Shown here piece after piece: positions 25,390 through 38,200 of a DNA stretch of 64,000 nucleotides. Numbering within the stretch: the first letter of the stretch is position 1; the number at the start of each line of letters is the position of its first letter. Under the pieces are notes generated by a model, which made no database searches, was not told the origin of the DNA, and saw nothing but the letters and a program-made list of their open reading frames with translations. The stretch comes from Phoronis australis (taxonomy: Eukaryota; Animalia; Phoronida), in contig NMRA01000006.1 of the NCBI GenBank assembly GCA_002633005.1, positions 1,136,442-1,200,441 of the forward strand. Reading direction: 5' to 3'. Both the position numbers and the translations under genes were made by a program.

Positions 25390-26278
25390 GGGTAGGGTGG
25401 ATAATCTGCCAATTAATTTTATTGTGCTCTGATTTTGAGAACTACAGCATAAGTGTTCTCATGTAGTACCACAATTCTGGGCTCAGTTACATAAAAGTCA
25501 CGCTCAATAGCAACAATGACGTCGCATTATCAAGCGCCACATTGTTATTGTTGAACAATGCACCTGATGTCATGCAACAGTCATACTCATCCAGTGGATA
25601 ATTTTGAAGCTTTATGCAACCCAGCCCTGGTGTCAGAAAAAAAATAACTTGAATGTGATAAAAAAAACTTGAAACCCCATTTGTACGTGTTGGGTTGTCA
25701 AGACAGCAGTGTACACCGCACACCACTCATCATGCATGCCCAAGTGAACATCGGGCAATTATTGCATTTTTAATTCAATAGTGAAAAGCATGGCAAAGTG
25801 ATTCTATACATCAAAAGTGCCGTCCACACATGGACTTACCGTAGAACAAGTCACTCCTGGAACGAGTTGTAGCTGTGTTTGAATGATGGCTGGACGCTAT
25901 TTAAACGAGTTGTAGCTGTGTTTGAATGATGGCTGGACGCTATTTAAACTAATGCAACTTGCCCCACTTCCACTTGTCACAACTTACTCCACCTTACTAA
26001 GGTAGGGTAATTTGTTCTAGGTTACCTTGCACCACTTATTAAGGTAGGCTAATTTGTTCTAGGTTACCTTGCGCCACTTCTAATTGCTGTGTGGCCACAA
26101 ACCTGAGGTGAGGCACAAGTAATTATCAGCTGTTACGTAGAAGTCTTCTTTTTCTTGACGTATTCGCATCAGCTGTTCATTTTGATGCACAGAGCGTTGT
26201 AGATTTACTTTAAGTGCAACATCTCTTTATTATTGTTACAACATTTTAGGTGGTAGTTTAAACTGTGGTAAAACAGCA

Positions 26279-29200
26279 ATGACCCTGGATGGTGATAAAG
26301 GCCCAGAGACATTAGAGGGCAGTCCAGTAGCTGCAGATGTGGTTACACAATGGAACTTTCAACAACGTACCAAACCCATGATTCATTCTGCTGTAGATCC
26401 ACCCCTGTGTGAAAAATGCCAAGAACTCGACTTGTCTTTCTTTGATCCAGGTAAGTTGTCGTTTTTGACAAAACTTTTGGACAGGTGAGGAAGATTGTGG
26501 TGGTGCTGGACAGGAGCTTAGGGGTATTACATCCCCAGTTATTGCTGTTTGTGAGCGAATAGTTACTTTGCAGCCATATCACAGTTCATGGGATACAAAT
26601 GTGTTTTCCACAGCCACCTTTGTGAAAATTGAAATCAGCCTATCACTAAGCAACCAGGGCTTGTTGACCTAATTTAGTTATACCTCATGGGTTCAATAAC
26701 AGTTTGATTTTTTATATTAATTACAAATTAGACAGATCTATATGGGGCATAGGTATATTAGTTACACTTTAGTCACCCTGCTCACAAAGACATAGTAGTC
26801 ATATTTTAGTCACACACATACACACAAGGGAGGATATTATTCACAATTTAGTCATACCCATAATTACAATGATATTTGTCCGTATATTAGTCACAAATTA
26901 ATCACATTTGTCCAGTATATTATGGAACTCTGGCTATAGATCACATATTCTAAGACCTCTTAGTCACATTCTAATCATAACTTATTATTTAATCACAGAC
27001 GTATTGGTCATATTTTAGTCATTACTGAAGCTTTAGTCATGACTAACCTGTGGCAAGAGCAAGGCCAAATTGGTAGTTTTTGTGCAAAAAAATTATAGTT
27101 TGAAAATATGTCAATTGGAGCAATTGCTCTCGTAGTCTTCTTTCCTTAGTTGTTCGTATCCTTCTCTTAGATAAGATTAGTTAGTGCAGATAGTAAGTGC
27201 AGATAGTTAGGTCAGATAGTTAGCGGACCAAACTATAATTTGTTCTCACACTCCCACCATGATATTAACCTGTCGTTTTTAGAGACAAAGCTTGGAAACT
27301 TGGTTTGTCAGTGCTATCATGTGGATCACAGGAAATATTTTGAAAACGGTTGTGAATTTGTTCCCGAACTATGAGACAGGAAACTGCTTTTGACATATTG
27401 ATTTTCATTCTTGACCAACACTGTGCTTGCAAGATACACAGTTTCATTATGGTTAAAATTCATGAATAACCTATTAAATGAGTCACCCGTGTGTACAGTA
27501 CTGCTTTATGTTTCCAGGCTGCCCAGGTTGTTTACAGATCCTTCAGTCAACATCTACCAGTATTGCTGACATTTTCGCTATAATTCGACAATGGACGGCT
27601 CAAACACAACAAAACATTGAACTGTTTACAAGAGAGGTATATTTGATTTTTAAGCATATCACATAACGTAAATCCTTGTCCGTGCAACCAGTGCACTAGA
27701 ATTGGAAACACCTTTGTGCTTTCGCAATGCTTAAGAGTTGGATGTCAAACGTTTTGTGTTGCCTAAAAATTGTGAGTGACAATCAATATTCCACCTAATA
27801 GAGCAGTTGTCATTTCCCAGATCATGGTTAGTGAAATTGACCGAAATGTGAATAATCCAGAGTACATTCAGTGTTCAATAAAATAAGACTAAACTGAATT
27901 ATATGCTTATAAGTTCTGTCCTTTGTATAAATGTGTGTACTGTTTCATCAGATTTTGAAGAGAGGTGCAAACGTAGATGATCGTGATGGTCTTACTGATA
28001 TGACTCTGCTGCACTATGTGTCCAAGGCAGGCACGCGTGGGATGGCTGACCTCGACACTGTCTGTAGGCTGGCCTCCATGCTGATTGACATCGGTGCTAA
28101 TGTATACATCAGGTGTCGATGGACCAATATGACAGCACTGCATTATGCAGCCTACTTCAATGTGGTGCCTGTTATGGAACTCCTTCTCAAAGCCAGCCAG
28201 GGATTAGGTATACTTGTTATTGCAAAAGGTGTTTGGAGTTACTTAACAACTTTCATCACTTAGATGTTGTGTCTTGCCTTGAAAAATAATAACATTATGC
28301 AGATTTGGCTTAGAGCATGAAAACTAGGATGACCTTTCAGTAAACGAAGAATTAAAATTGGCTCAGAATCTCTTTCCATTAAGTTAACAGTAGTATCTTC
28401 ACAAATTTTTCATCTTAAGCCTTTCAACTTGCTGCCTTTTAAATTGTTTCCATGCAAATGTTTGCAGATGTTGACAGCCGATGTTCAGAATTTGACAATG
28501 GTTCCATGCAAATGTTTGCAGATGTTGACAGCCGATGTTCAGAATTTGACAATGGTTCCATGCAAATGTTTGCAGATGTTGACAGCCGATGTTCAGAATG
28601 TGACAATGGTTCCATGCAAATGTTTGCAGATGTTGACAGCCGTTGTTCAGAATTTGACAATGGTTCCATGCAAATGTTTGCAGATGTTGACAGCCGATGT
28701 TCAGAATTTGACAATGGTTCCACCCTTCACATCACCTGTACTAATTTGGCTTATGAGGCTAGCCAGTGTCTACTTACTGCTGGAGCTGATCTACAGACCA
28801 AGGATGACCTGGGCAGGACACCTCTAGGTAAATATGAAGTGGGCATGTGTAGGATTGAAGCTTTTTGTAATATGTAGTCTGCAGCCACCATTGTCTATGA
28901 AACGGGACTCTGCCAACAATAAGTTTGATGGGTATGACACTCAGTCAGGTGTTTCTGACAATTTTATAATTGATGTTTCTTGCTTTGTCCATCTGCTATA
29001 AAGACAATATTGAGATGGCTGCAGAGTGACAAACTGGGTCCACTCTTTCAAAACACAGATTTTGATTGCCCATATGCGTGTAAATCTTTGCTATGTATGC
29101 TTGTGTTGAAATGTTTTATCTGAATATGTTGCACAGTCCTTGCACTTACCATCTCGTTTTGGTTTCTCAAGAATGTATCCCCAAGGAGGATGAGTACCCA

Positions 29201-32200
29201 GACATCCCAGATGTGGCAGCACTTGTCAACAAACTTAAGACGCTGTTAACTGAGGCTGGTTCTGTCAACCGTAAACAGACGCCAGCCAACTATGATAATG
29301 TGAGCGGGAAGGTGACGCTCCAAGCGCTGGGTGTGCAGCTGGGGGAGAAAGTGATGGTAGGGGGAATAAAGGTGGGTAAACGTAACCCTAAATGTAACCC
29401 TGAATGTAACCCTGAATGTAACCCTAAATGTAACCCTGAATGTAACCCTGAATGTAACCCTGAATGTGACCCTAAATGTAACCCTGAATGTAACCCTGAA
29501 TGTAACCCTGAATGTAACCCTGAATGTAACCCTGAATGTAACCCTGAATGTAACCGTGAATGTAACCCTGAATGTAACCCTAAATGTAACCCTGAATGCC
29601 CCCTTGTTGGATTTAAAACTTCAGAAAGTGTGTTAACAAATGTCCTGTGCAAACACTTTGTCACATCAATCGGACAAAACTGGACCTTGAATGATACAAA
29701 CAATCAAGCATAAAAACAGAAGAAAAAACGTCACAGAAGATGTAGTTATGGACTGTAAATGTCGTTTTTGTTCACTTTGATAAACAATTAACTTATGCAC
29801 AACACCAAAAAATATCTGAAATAATCTGAAAATCCTTCTTTGGTGTAATGAGCAGCATACTTTTTAATACAGATTACTTCCTTCATATAATGAGGGCTGC
29901 TCCAGTAAAATCGGTATGGGAGGGGGGAAGGCACCTTTTTTTCGCACCCACCACCCATATTTTTCATTTATTTCTTCAGCCTACCACCCGTAATTTTTTA
30001 TAAGTTTGAAATGCAACCACCCGTAATTTTTTTTTTTGTTCTTTTGGTTGACTGCACAGGCGCTTGAGTTTATCTGTTCTTCCATTACCACTAACGTCAT
30101 TCATTACTGAGAAAACATATCTTTCATATATATGGTTATTAGCCATCGAGAAATTCGAGCACCTGTGGTTAAATGGTGTTATTATGGGCATGCCGATGAG
30201 GAGATCGGAGGGAGTGAAAAAGTCGGAGCTCTTTGCAAGTTGCATTTTTGTTTCAGTTTTTGATTCTGTGCGGATTGTTTATAAAATTTACTAAAATTAC
30301 CCATCATCAAACATTTATGGCCCAATGAAACTACAACGACCTGTAAATTTTAATTTTTTTGAAGTACGACCACCAGCCATTTTGAATTTAAATCAAACGC
30401 AACCACCCATAAATTTTTATTTCAGTTGCCTTCCCCCCCCTCCCACACAGATTTTGCTGGAACAGCCCTGATATAAACCAAATGGGCAAACTTCCTATTT
30501 GTGTATTTACTGTCTGTAGTGTGTGAAAAACATTGATTAGCTGAGTTTTTGTCTTTCCTAGGGTGGTACCCTACGCTACTGTGGTCCCACTGAGTTTGCC
30601 ACGGGTATTTGGGCTGGTATTGAACTGGATGAACCAGAGGGGAAGAATGATGGAAGTGTGGCAGGCTTTTCATACTTCACCTGTTCACCCAAACATGGTA
30701 ACCTTGTCAAGTAGACAATTAGTACAGAACTGTGGTGGCTGTATTTAGGCCCATGCACCCCTATGTATGTGAAACTAGTTCTGTAACGGCTGTATTTAGG
30801 CCCTTGCACCCCTATGTATGGGAAACTGCACTTTTGTTCAGATTCAACTGAATAAATGTGTGTGAAACACTTGGAGTAACACAAAGAAGTAAGCATCGTC
30901 AGATTGAGTGTTATTGTAGACATAAACCTATAAATAAATGTATTTCTGGTAAGTTGATCATTAAGTTATGGATTTGAATCTCTAACCAGATGCCCGTGTA
31001 AATTACTAGTTATGTCAACGCAGAGAACATGTTTGTGGCAGGCTGTAATGTTGTTTTGCTGCTGAATGATTTGCGACATTATGAAGATTATTTTTGACAA
31101 GATTTATCAAGGTTTTAAAATATTTAGAACTTAAGACTGGGTTACACAGCAACGTATTCAATTTCCAGAGTACACTGTTTAGTTTTCATTCGTTTGGTTT
31201 ATTGCAAATGTACAATCATGACACTGCCTTACTAATACATGTTTTGAATTGTGTCAGGAATTTTCGCACCCATCTCCAAAATTAGCAAGCCAGGTAACTC
31301 TGCCAGTGGTTACACTACACCGTCCAAGGGTCCTATTAACCGTGGGAAGATTGAGGTGTCCCATGTGATGGCCAAAGTTGACACAGGTAACGTGGTTATG
31401 CGTAATGTGTTGTGTGAGAAGCGAGTCTCAGTGCTTTACAATTTGTGTAAGGTCAGTTAGTTCATTCTGGTCTGTCCTTTTTTGTGTGCCTGTTCAGGGA
31501 TATTCCTGGACTGCACATTTGCACCATTAGCACATGAAAAAATAAGAAGGCATAAGTACGTTGCAGCAGTGCCCCCCCTCCCCAGGCACATTTTTTAAAC
31601 ACAACAGTCTTCCAAAAATGCAACTTAGTCTGGTAAAATATTAGTTTTCTACAGGCAGGCCTATCTCTAGATGTATGCTCAGTGGAAATATATAAGGAGA
31701 ATTTTCCACAGATATGCTTAACATTTGAGGAACATTTGCATGGTTGAATCCTAAAACTATCCCCAAGTTTCACAAGAAATGGACATCAAACCTGTAACAA
31801 AGTAAATGTTCAACAACAAACTCCTACTTGTCGGGATAATTATACATTGACAATTTTTTAGATTTGAATTCTCTTGGTCTCAATTTGCTCGCGAGTTGTG
31901 GTACTGATACACTTGAATGTATATCTGTCACTTCCAAGTCATGAAGACGTATATTTAGATTTGATATTTTGTCCCTTAACTTTTCCAAATATACACCCCG
32001 AGCTTGTCAACAGAAATCTCTTACAATAAGTTAAGAGTTACTTATAGTATTTCAAAAATATGACGTTTTGCACCATCCATCTGTAATTCAGTTGGATCAA
32101 GGACCTGTCATATTTATCAGCTCAGCTAAGACTATTGTTTTCCAGTAATGTCTGTAAAATCGCAACATTATCCTTCCTTGATGTGTGCAACTGAAAGTCT

Positions 32201-35200
32201 TATTTGAATTCTAAGAAGGACTGTCTGTGCAAGTTAGATTTCTAATTTTGCTCAGTTAAGCATAATTTTATCTTCTGTCCTCTGCTGTGTATGTCAAGAT
32301 GGATGTTAGACCAGCCCTTGTTTGCATTAAACATTCAACATGTTTTAGAAGTGAACAGCTCTTCTTGGACTGTGTGGTTGGTTCTTAAAAGAACCATTGT
32401 GTGTCAGCACCAGCTAATGGCCCTGTCCCTGAGGTCCAGACAGCTTGGCCAGTTGAGTGGTGACTTCATTCATCTCATTCAGCACCATGCCACGGTACAT
32501 GGTGTATACATTCACCAGACCCTCTAGTATGGTGATGCGTAGCTGGATGTTGTAGGACATGGCAGCGTTCCCCCGACTCACCGCCCTCCTATGTCTAATG
32601 TTCAACCCTCTCAGCTCCCTCTGCAGAAGGTGGCTCTGTTTCTCAGCACAGCTCTGCTTAACATTCAACTGAGTGTACTTGTCAACTATTCTGGTAGCCT
32701 TCTTGGACCACATCACTCTTTCTCACTATGAGACAGACTATGGCAGCCAGCTCTTGACACCCTTCTTATATCCTGGCTTGAACTGCTTCTCCCTAGTAGT
32801 CATCTACACCTTCTTCTCTCTGACAGCAGTTGAGACCCTAAGCTGTGACACTGTCATCTTCAGGGAGTCGTCTATTGTTCACCTGAGCAAAGGTGTGAAT
32901 CTGAAGCTCCAGGAGGCTTGAACTCCTATAGTGTCAGGGGATTAGTGTCTGGGGTTGGTTGGTGGCACTGAGCTGAATAATTTGTGTTAGTTTACTCATT
33001 GTCTTCATTTCATTTTTACTCATTGTAGTAGCCACAGTGATCATAATCAAGGTCCAGTGTACTGTTATATAACCATCTGCTCAAGTCTGTATTGAGACAT
33101 GGGACCACTATTGTTGACTGGCATCTCATGGGGAGTGTGTTGCAAATAACCTGGGGAAAGTATGACTGGCATCTCATGGGGAGTGTGTTGCAAATTACGA
33201 GAGGGGAAAGTATGACTGGCATCTCATGGGGAGTGTGTTGCAAATTACCAGAGGGGAAAGTATGACTGGCATCTCATGGGGAGTGTGTAGCATATTACCT
33301 GGGGAAAGTATGAATGGCAGACCAGACTTCAGCTAGCTGAATGGTGATTGAGTTGAGAAGGAATTTGTAGTGTTTAGTTCATCAGGGGCCACTTTTTATG
33401 AAATTTTTCAGTCTAAGTTAAGAAATCGAGTGAATTTAAAACCAAAATGTCTTAGCCCTGTTTTTATGAAATTTCATGAGAAGACTGAAAGTTAGCCTGC
33501 TAAAGAATAGGTTTAAGATTGAACTTTTGATCTAAATAACCAAAATCTAGAAATGTTATCACTGTAAACTGTTGAAGAGATAATTTCGTTGAGATTTGTT
33601 ACAATCTGGCTGGTGTCCCTAAATATTGTATAATTGAATATCGTCTGGTTTCGATTTGAGAACGATCAAGCCAAAGGCTGTAGAGACAATGCAGTGCAAC
33701 CTACCGGCACATTTGAAATGACATTTTCCTGCAGCCTTATCAGGGTGTTCTGAAGCAAACAAGATCTCAATTGTATTCAAAATGTAAATAAATCCTCATT
33801 TAGAGTTTCAAGACCAAAATTATTCTTGAAACTGTATTTAACAAACCACCTCGCTTAGTTTTGTTAACTCGTAACAGGTACTGTAACAAAAGCATAGTCT
33901 GTATGCTGCCAAAATCAACTTATAATTTCTGTCTAAGTTAAGACTGAAGACCATAATCCGACATTTGTTCATCCAGAAATGTTAAGCAACTTTTATGTCT
34001 CACTATTTGACAATCTATTTTCAAGTTGCATTGTATAATCATTCCAACAAACTTTTGTGTGTGATGCAGAGATAAACACTCCATGTCATGAAATCTTGTT
34101 TTCATCTATAATGAGTTCGCTGCTCCATTGCTTTGCCAGGTCTCAGAAGTGGTAGATCACGAACACCTACACTAGATGGTGCCAAGGAGTTTGAGATGGG
34201 TGACAGGGTAATTGTTGCGGGACACAGGAAGGGAGTGATAAAGTTTGCCGGAGAAACTAAATTCGCTCCAGGTATGGAAATGCCCTTCATTTCATTTCAT
34301 TTTGTTACACAGTAATAATTTTAAATTACAATCATATGTCAGATTTGTGATGGGCGTATCTTCACTTTTCCAACATGTCCAATAGCGGAGACATCTGCAG
34401 ATTGAACTACTAAGCAAACATTGCTGGAGCTAGCTGATTTTCAATGTTTAAGCTTCTTGATTTGTGAGCAATCCTGTTGGTTATGTATTTACTGGGAGAC
34501 ATTGACATAAATTAATGTGATGCTGTTAAAGTGACTAATAATGTAATTATGTTCCATCATTAGAGACAATAAGACCACTTAATGTAATGAAATAGGCCTC
34601 AAACTGTTTCTTAGTCATAGTAAGTGTCATTTGTAAACTTGGAAAGAAGTGTCAGATTGTTATTGCTGGCGACCAGGCTCCGCAAATTGACATATCATAC
34701 GGTATCATTTTATTTGCCATGCATGGTCTCCAGGAACAACTGTCAGCTTTTTCAAGACCAAAAATCACTTCTCATCTGAGTAAGGAACGATTTGAGACCA
34801 ATTTTATTGCATTAAGTGGTCTTATCAAAAAACTTAGTTTCTTCAACATAACGCGGGTTTGTCATCGCGTTAATTGGAAGTTTGTCGTTTTTATGGTAGA
34901 CTGTTTTCCTCTGTTTATTTCTCAGTGAAATGACTATCTTGTGTATACTGTAGCTTAACAAGTCATCCTTGGTCACTACCACGCTACGAACAAGTGTATT
35001 TCTGCCAACTGTTGCCTCTCAAAAACACAGAAAGCAGTTGAAAAATGGCGATAACATGATTTTGCACAAAACAAAATGTAGATAAGCCCTAAAGAGGAAA
35101 CGCTTTTCATCCTGTTCTCTTGTTTTTTTCATCCTTGTTTCCAGGTCGTTGGTATGGTATAGAGTTGGACAAAGCTGTTGGAAAGAATGATGGAACAGTC

Positions 35201-38200
35201 AATGGGGAGCGCTACTTCACCTGTCGACCAAAGTGTGGCGTGTTTGCCCCAGCGTCCAGAATACAAAGGTGAGATCCTGTGACATAATCAGTAACACAAG
35301 AGTTAGAACAGCTGACTGACTACACAATGTACCAGGGTTCTCATAATACCCAGCTTCTGTAAGAATTTGTTATTTAGTCTACATTCTTGAAACTGTCCCT
35401 TACACTTGTTTACTTGCTTCCTAGGTTGGGAAGGACAGCCACTCGGTTTGTTATTGCTTGAGACCATGCCAGGTGGATAAGGTGCCCAGCTGAGTTGAGC
35501 TGTCTATTCTGATCTTGTGCACAAACAACTTTTATGAAGTGAATCCTAAACATAGGGACTACTTTTGTCCTCGATAAAGAACATGTTGAGATCATTGTGC
35601 ACCACCGTGGCATTATAATTTATTATAATTTTTTAGGTTTACCATTTTCAGAGTTCTTTGACAGATTTTTCAGAAAATTTGGCAAATAGTTATTTATTAA
35701 GAAGACAACAGCTTTCTATTTTGGATGTATTAGGTGCTCCACCTAATGGGGAGTTCTGTTACTTTCAAGTGGTGCATCTTAGTGGCATTTTTGTTGTTGT
35801 TTTTTACATCCACTGTATCTCCTTAGCCCCTTGCCAGATCTTTGTGTAAAATATGACAAAAGTATGGTTATCTCTTTGGAAATATTGTAGATGATTGGTA
35901 TAACAGCTGCCATAGCTGACAATGGATACCTGACCTACTTAATGAATAGGACAGATCATATCCCAGTCCTACCACTGCTCTGTTGACTAGAAGGACTCTG
36001 AACAAAAGATAGAGGCAACAGGGTCATGGACAATGTTAACTTTTATCCCTGCAATAGAGGTCTTTTCATAATGGCATGGTCTAAAGTATAAATGAGACCA
36101 AGAAAGCAACTCAGATTTGGTGGGCAAAAATTCACAACTACCGTATTTGCCCTAATAAGCGCCCGAAATTGCCCCATTAAGTGCTTTCAGATTTCGTTAA
36201 AATAAGCGCCCAGCCCATGGACGTGTCCCTTACATAGATTTCTTNNNNNNNNNNNNNNNNNNNNNNNNNNNNNNNNNNNNNNNNNNNNNNNNNNNNNNNN
36301 NNNNNNNNNNNNNNNNNNNNNNNNNNNNNNNNNNNNNNNNNNNNNNNNNNNNNNNNNNNNNNNNNNNNNNNNNNNNNNNNNNNNNNNNNNNNNNNNNNNN
36401 NNNNNNNNNNNNNNNNNNNNNNNNNNNNNNNNNNNNNNNNNNNNNNNNNNNNNNNNNNNNNNNNNNNNNNNNNNNNNNNNNNNNNNNNNNNNNNNNNNNN
36501 NNNNNNNNNNNNNNNNNNNNNNNNNNNNNNNNNNNNNNNNNNNNNNNNNNNNNNNNNNNNNNNNNNNNNNNNNNNNNNNNNNNNNNNNNNNNNNNNNNNN
36601 NNNNNNNNNNNNNNNNNNNNNNNNNNNNNNNNNNNNNNNNNNNNNNNNNNNNNNNNNNNNNNNNNNNNNNNNNNNNNNNNNNNNNNNNNNNNNNNNNNNN
36701 NNNNNNNNNNNNNNNNNNNNNNNNNNNNNNNNNNNNNNNNNNNNNNNNNNNNNNNNNNNNNNNNNNNNNNNNNNNNNNNNNNNNNNNNNNNNNNNNNNNN
36801 NNNNNNNNNNNNNNNNNNNNNNNNNNNNNNNNNNNNNNNNNNNNNNNNNNNNNNNNNNNNNNNNNNNNNNNNNNNNNNNNNNNNNNNNNNNNNNNNNNNN
36901 NNNNNNNNNNNNNNNNNNNNNNNNNNNNNNNNNNNNNNNNNNNNNNNNNNNNNNNNNNNNNNNNNNNNACCATTGTGCCCCCTAGTGGCAATTATTTTTT
37001 ACATTTACCTCTGTATCTTTAAAGGTCGTCTACAGATTTTTGTGAAACTTGGCATATAGGCACCTGTTAGTAGGATGATGCTATATTCCTGTTTTCGGAA
37101 GGAGTCAAGGTATTTTGCGCAACCTAATAACCATTTTCACTGTTTTTTGGCATCCGCCTCTCTATCAACCAAACCGCTTTTTAAGATGATTGTAAAAATT
37201 GGCATGCATGGATTTTCTTACTATGAAGAGAAAGCCTGACGATGATTTTCTGATTAATCTGGCTACTGTGGCACCTCCTAGTGGCAGTTTATTGGCGACA
37301 TGATGCTATCTCCTTATTTTCTGATTTATTTGAGACATTTTGCGCCACCTAGTGGCCATTTATGTTTTTTCCAATCGTTTTTTGGCATCTGCTCCTCTAT
37401 CAACTAAACCATTCTATGGATTATTGTGAAAATGGATATATCTGTCCTCAGTTTGAAGAGTATGGCTGACGATGACGACTAACTACTGTGGTGCCTCCTA
37501 GCTTTTTTGCGCCTATAGCTGTATGTCCTAAGCCTACTGCAGGATCTTAATTAAATTTAGCAAGTATATTCATATCATGTTGAGAACAGATATTGACAAC
37601 TTTCAGGTGCATTGCCCCCTAGTGGCCATTCCATTTTTTCCGGTCTTCCTTTGTTTCTGTATAGTTTCTTGACAGATTTTTATGGAAATTGGTAAATATT
37701 AAAGAAAAGATGTATCTGTTTTCGGATGGAGTTGACATGTTTTGCGCCATCTGATGGCCATTTTTATGATACAAATATATGTCACAAGAAGCATGCTGTT
37801 TGTGATGCCCAATTGCTTCAAAATTTTTCGCTCTCCGGCAGCCTTTCGGCGGGGCTCCCTATATTAATATAGGGGGCCCCGCCGAAAGGCGACCGGAGAG
37901 CGGGGCCCCCTATATTAATATAGGGGGCCCCGCCGAAAGGAGGCCGGAGAGCGGGGCCCCCTATATTAATATAGGGGGCCCCGCCGAAAGGAGGCCGGAG
38001 AGCGGGGCCCCCTATATTAATATAGGGGGCCCCGCCGAAAGGAGGCCGGAGAGCGGGGCCCCCTATATTAATATAGGGGGCCCCGCTCTCCGGCCTCCGT
38101 TCAGCGAGGCCCCCTATATTAATATAGGAGGCCTCGCTTTCGAGGTCCGAAATTCAATTTTTTGCTTATGTCATTTTAATAAGAATAAGTCATTTTAAAT

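Noticed and set aside
36230-36991. 253-aa ORF
   Set aside because: Artefact of the N gap.
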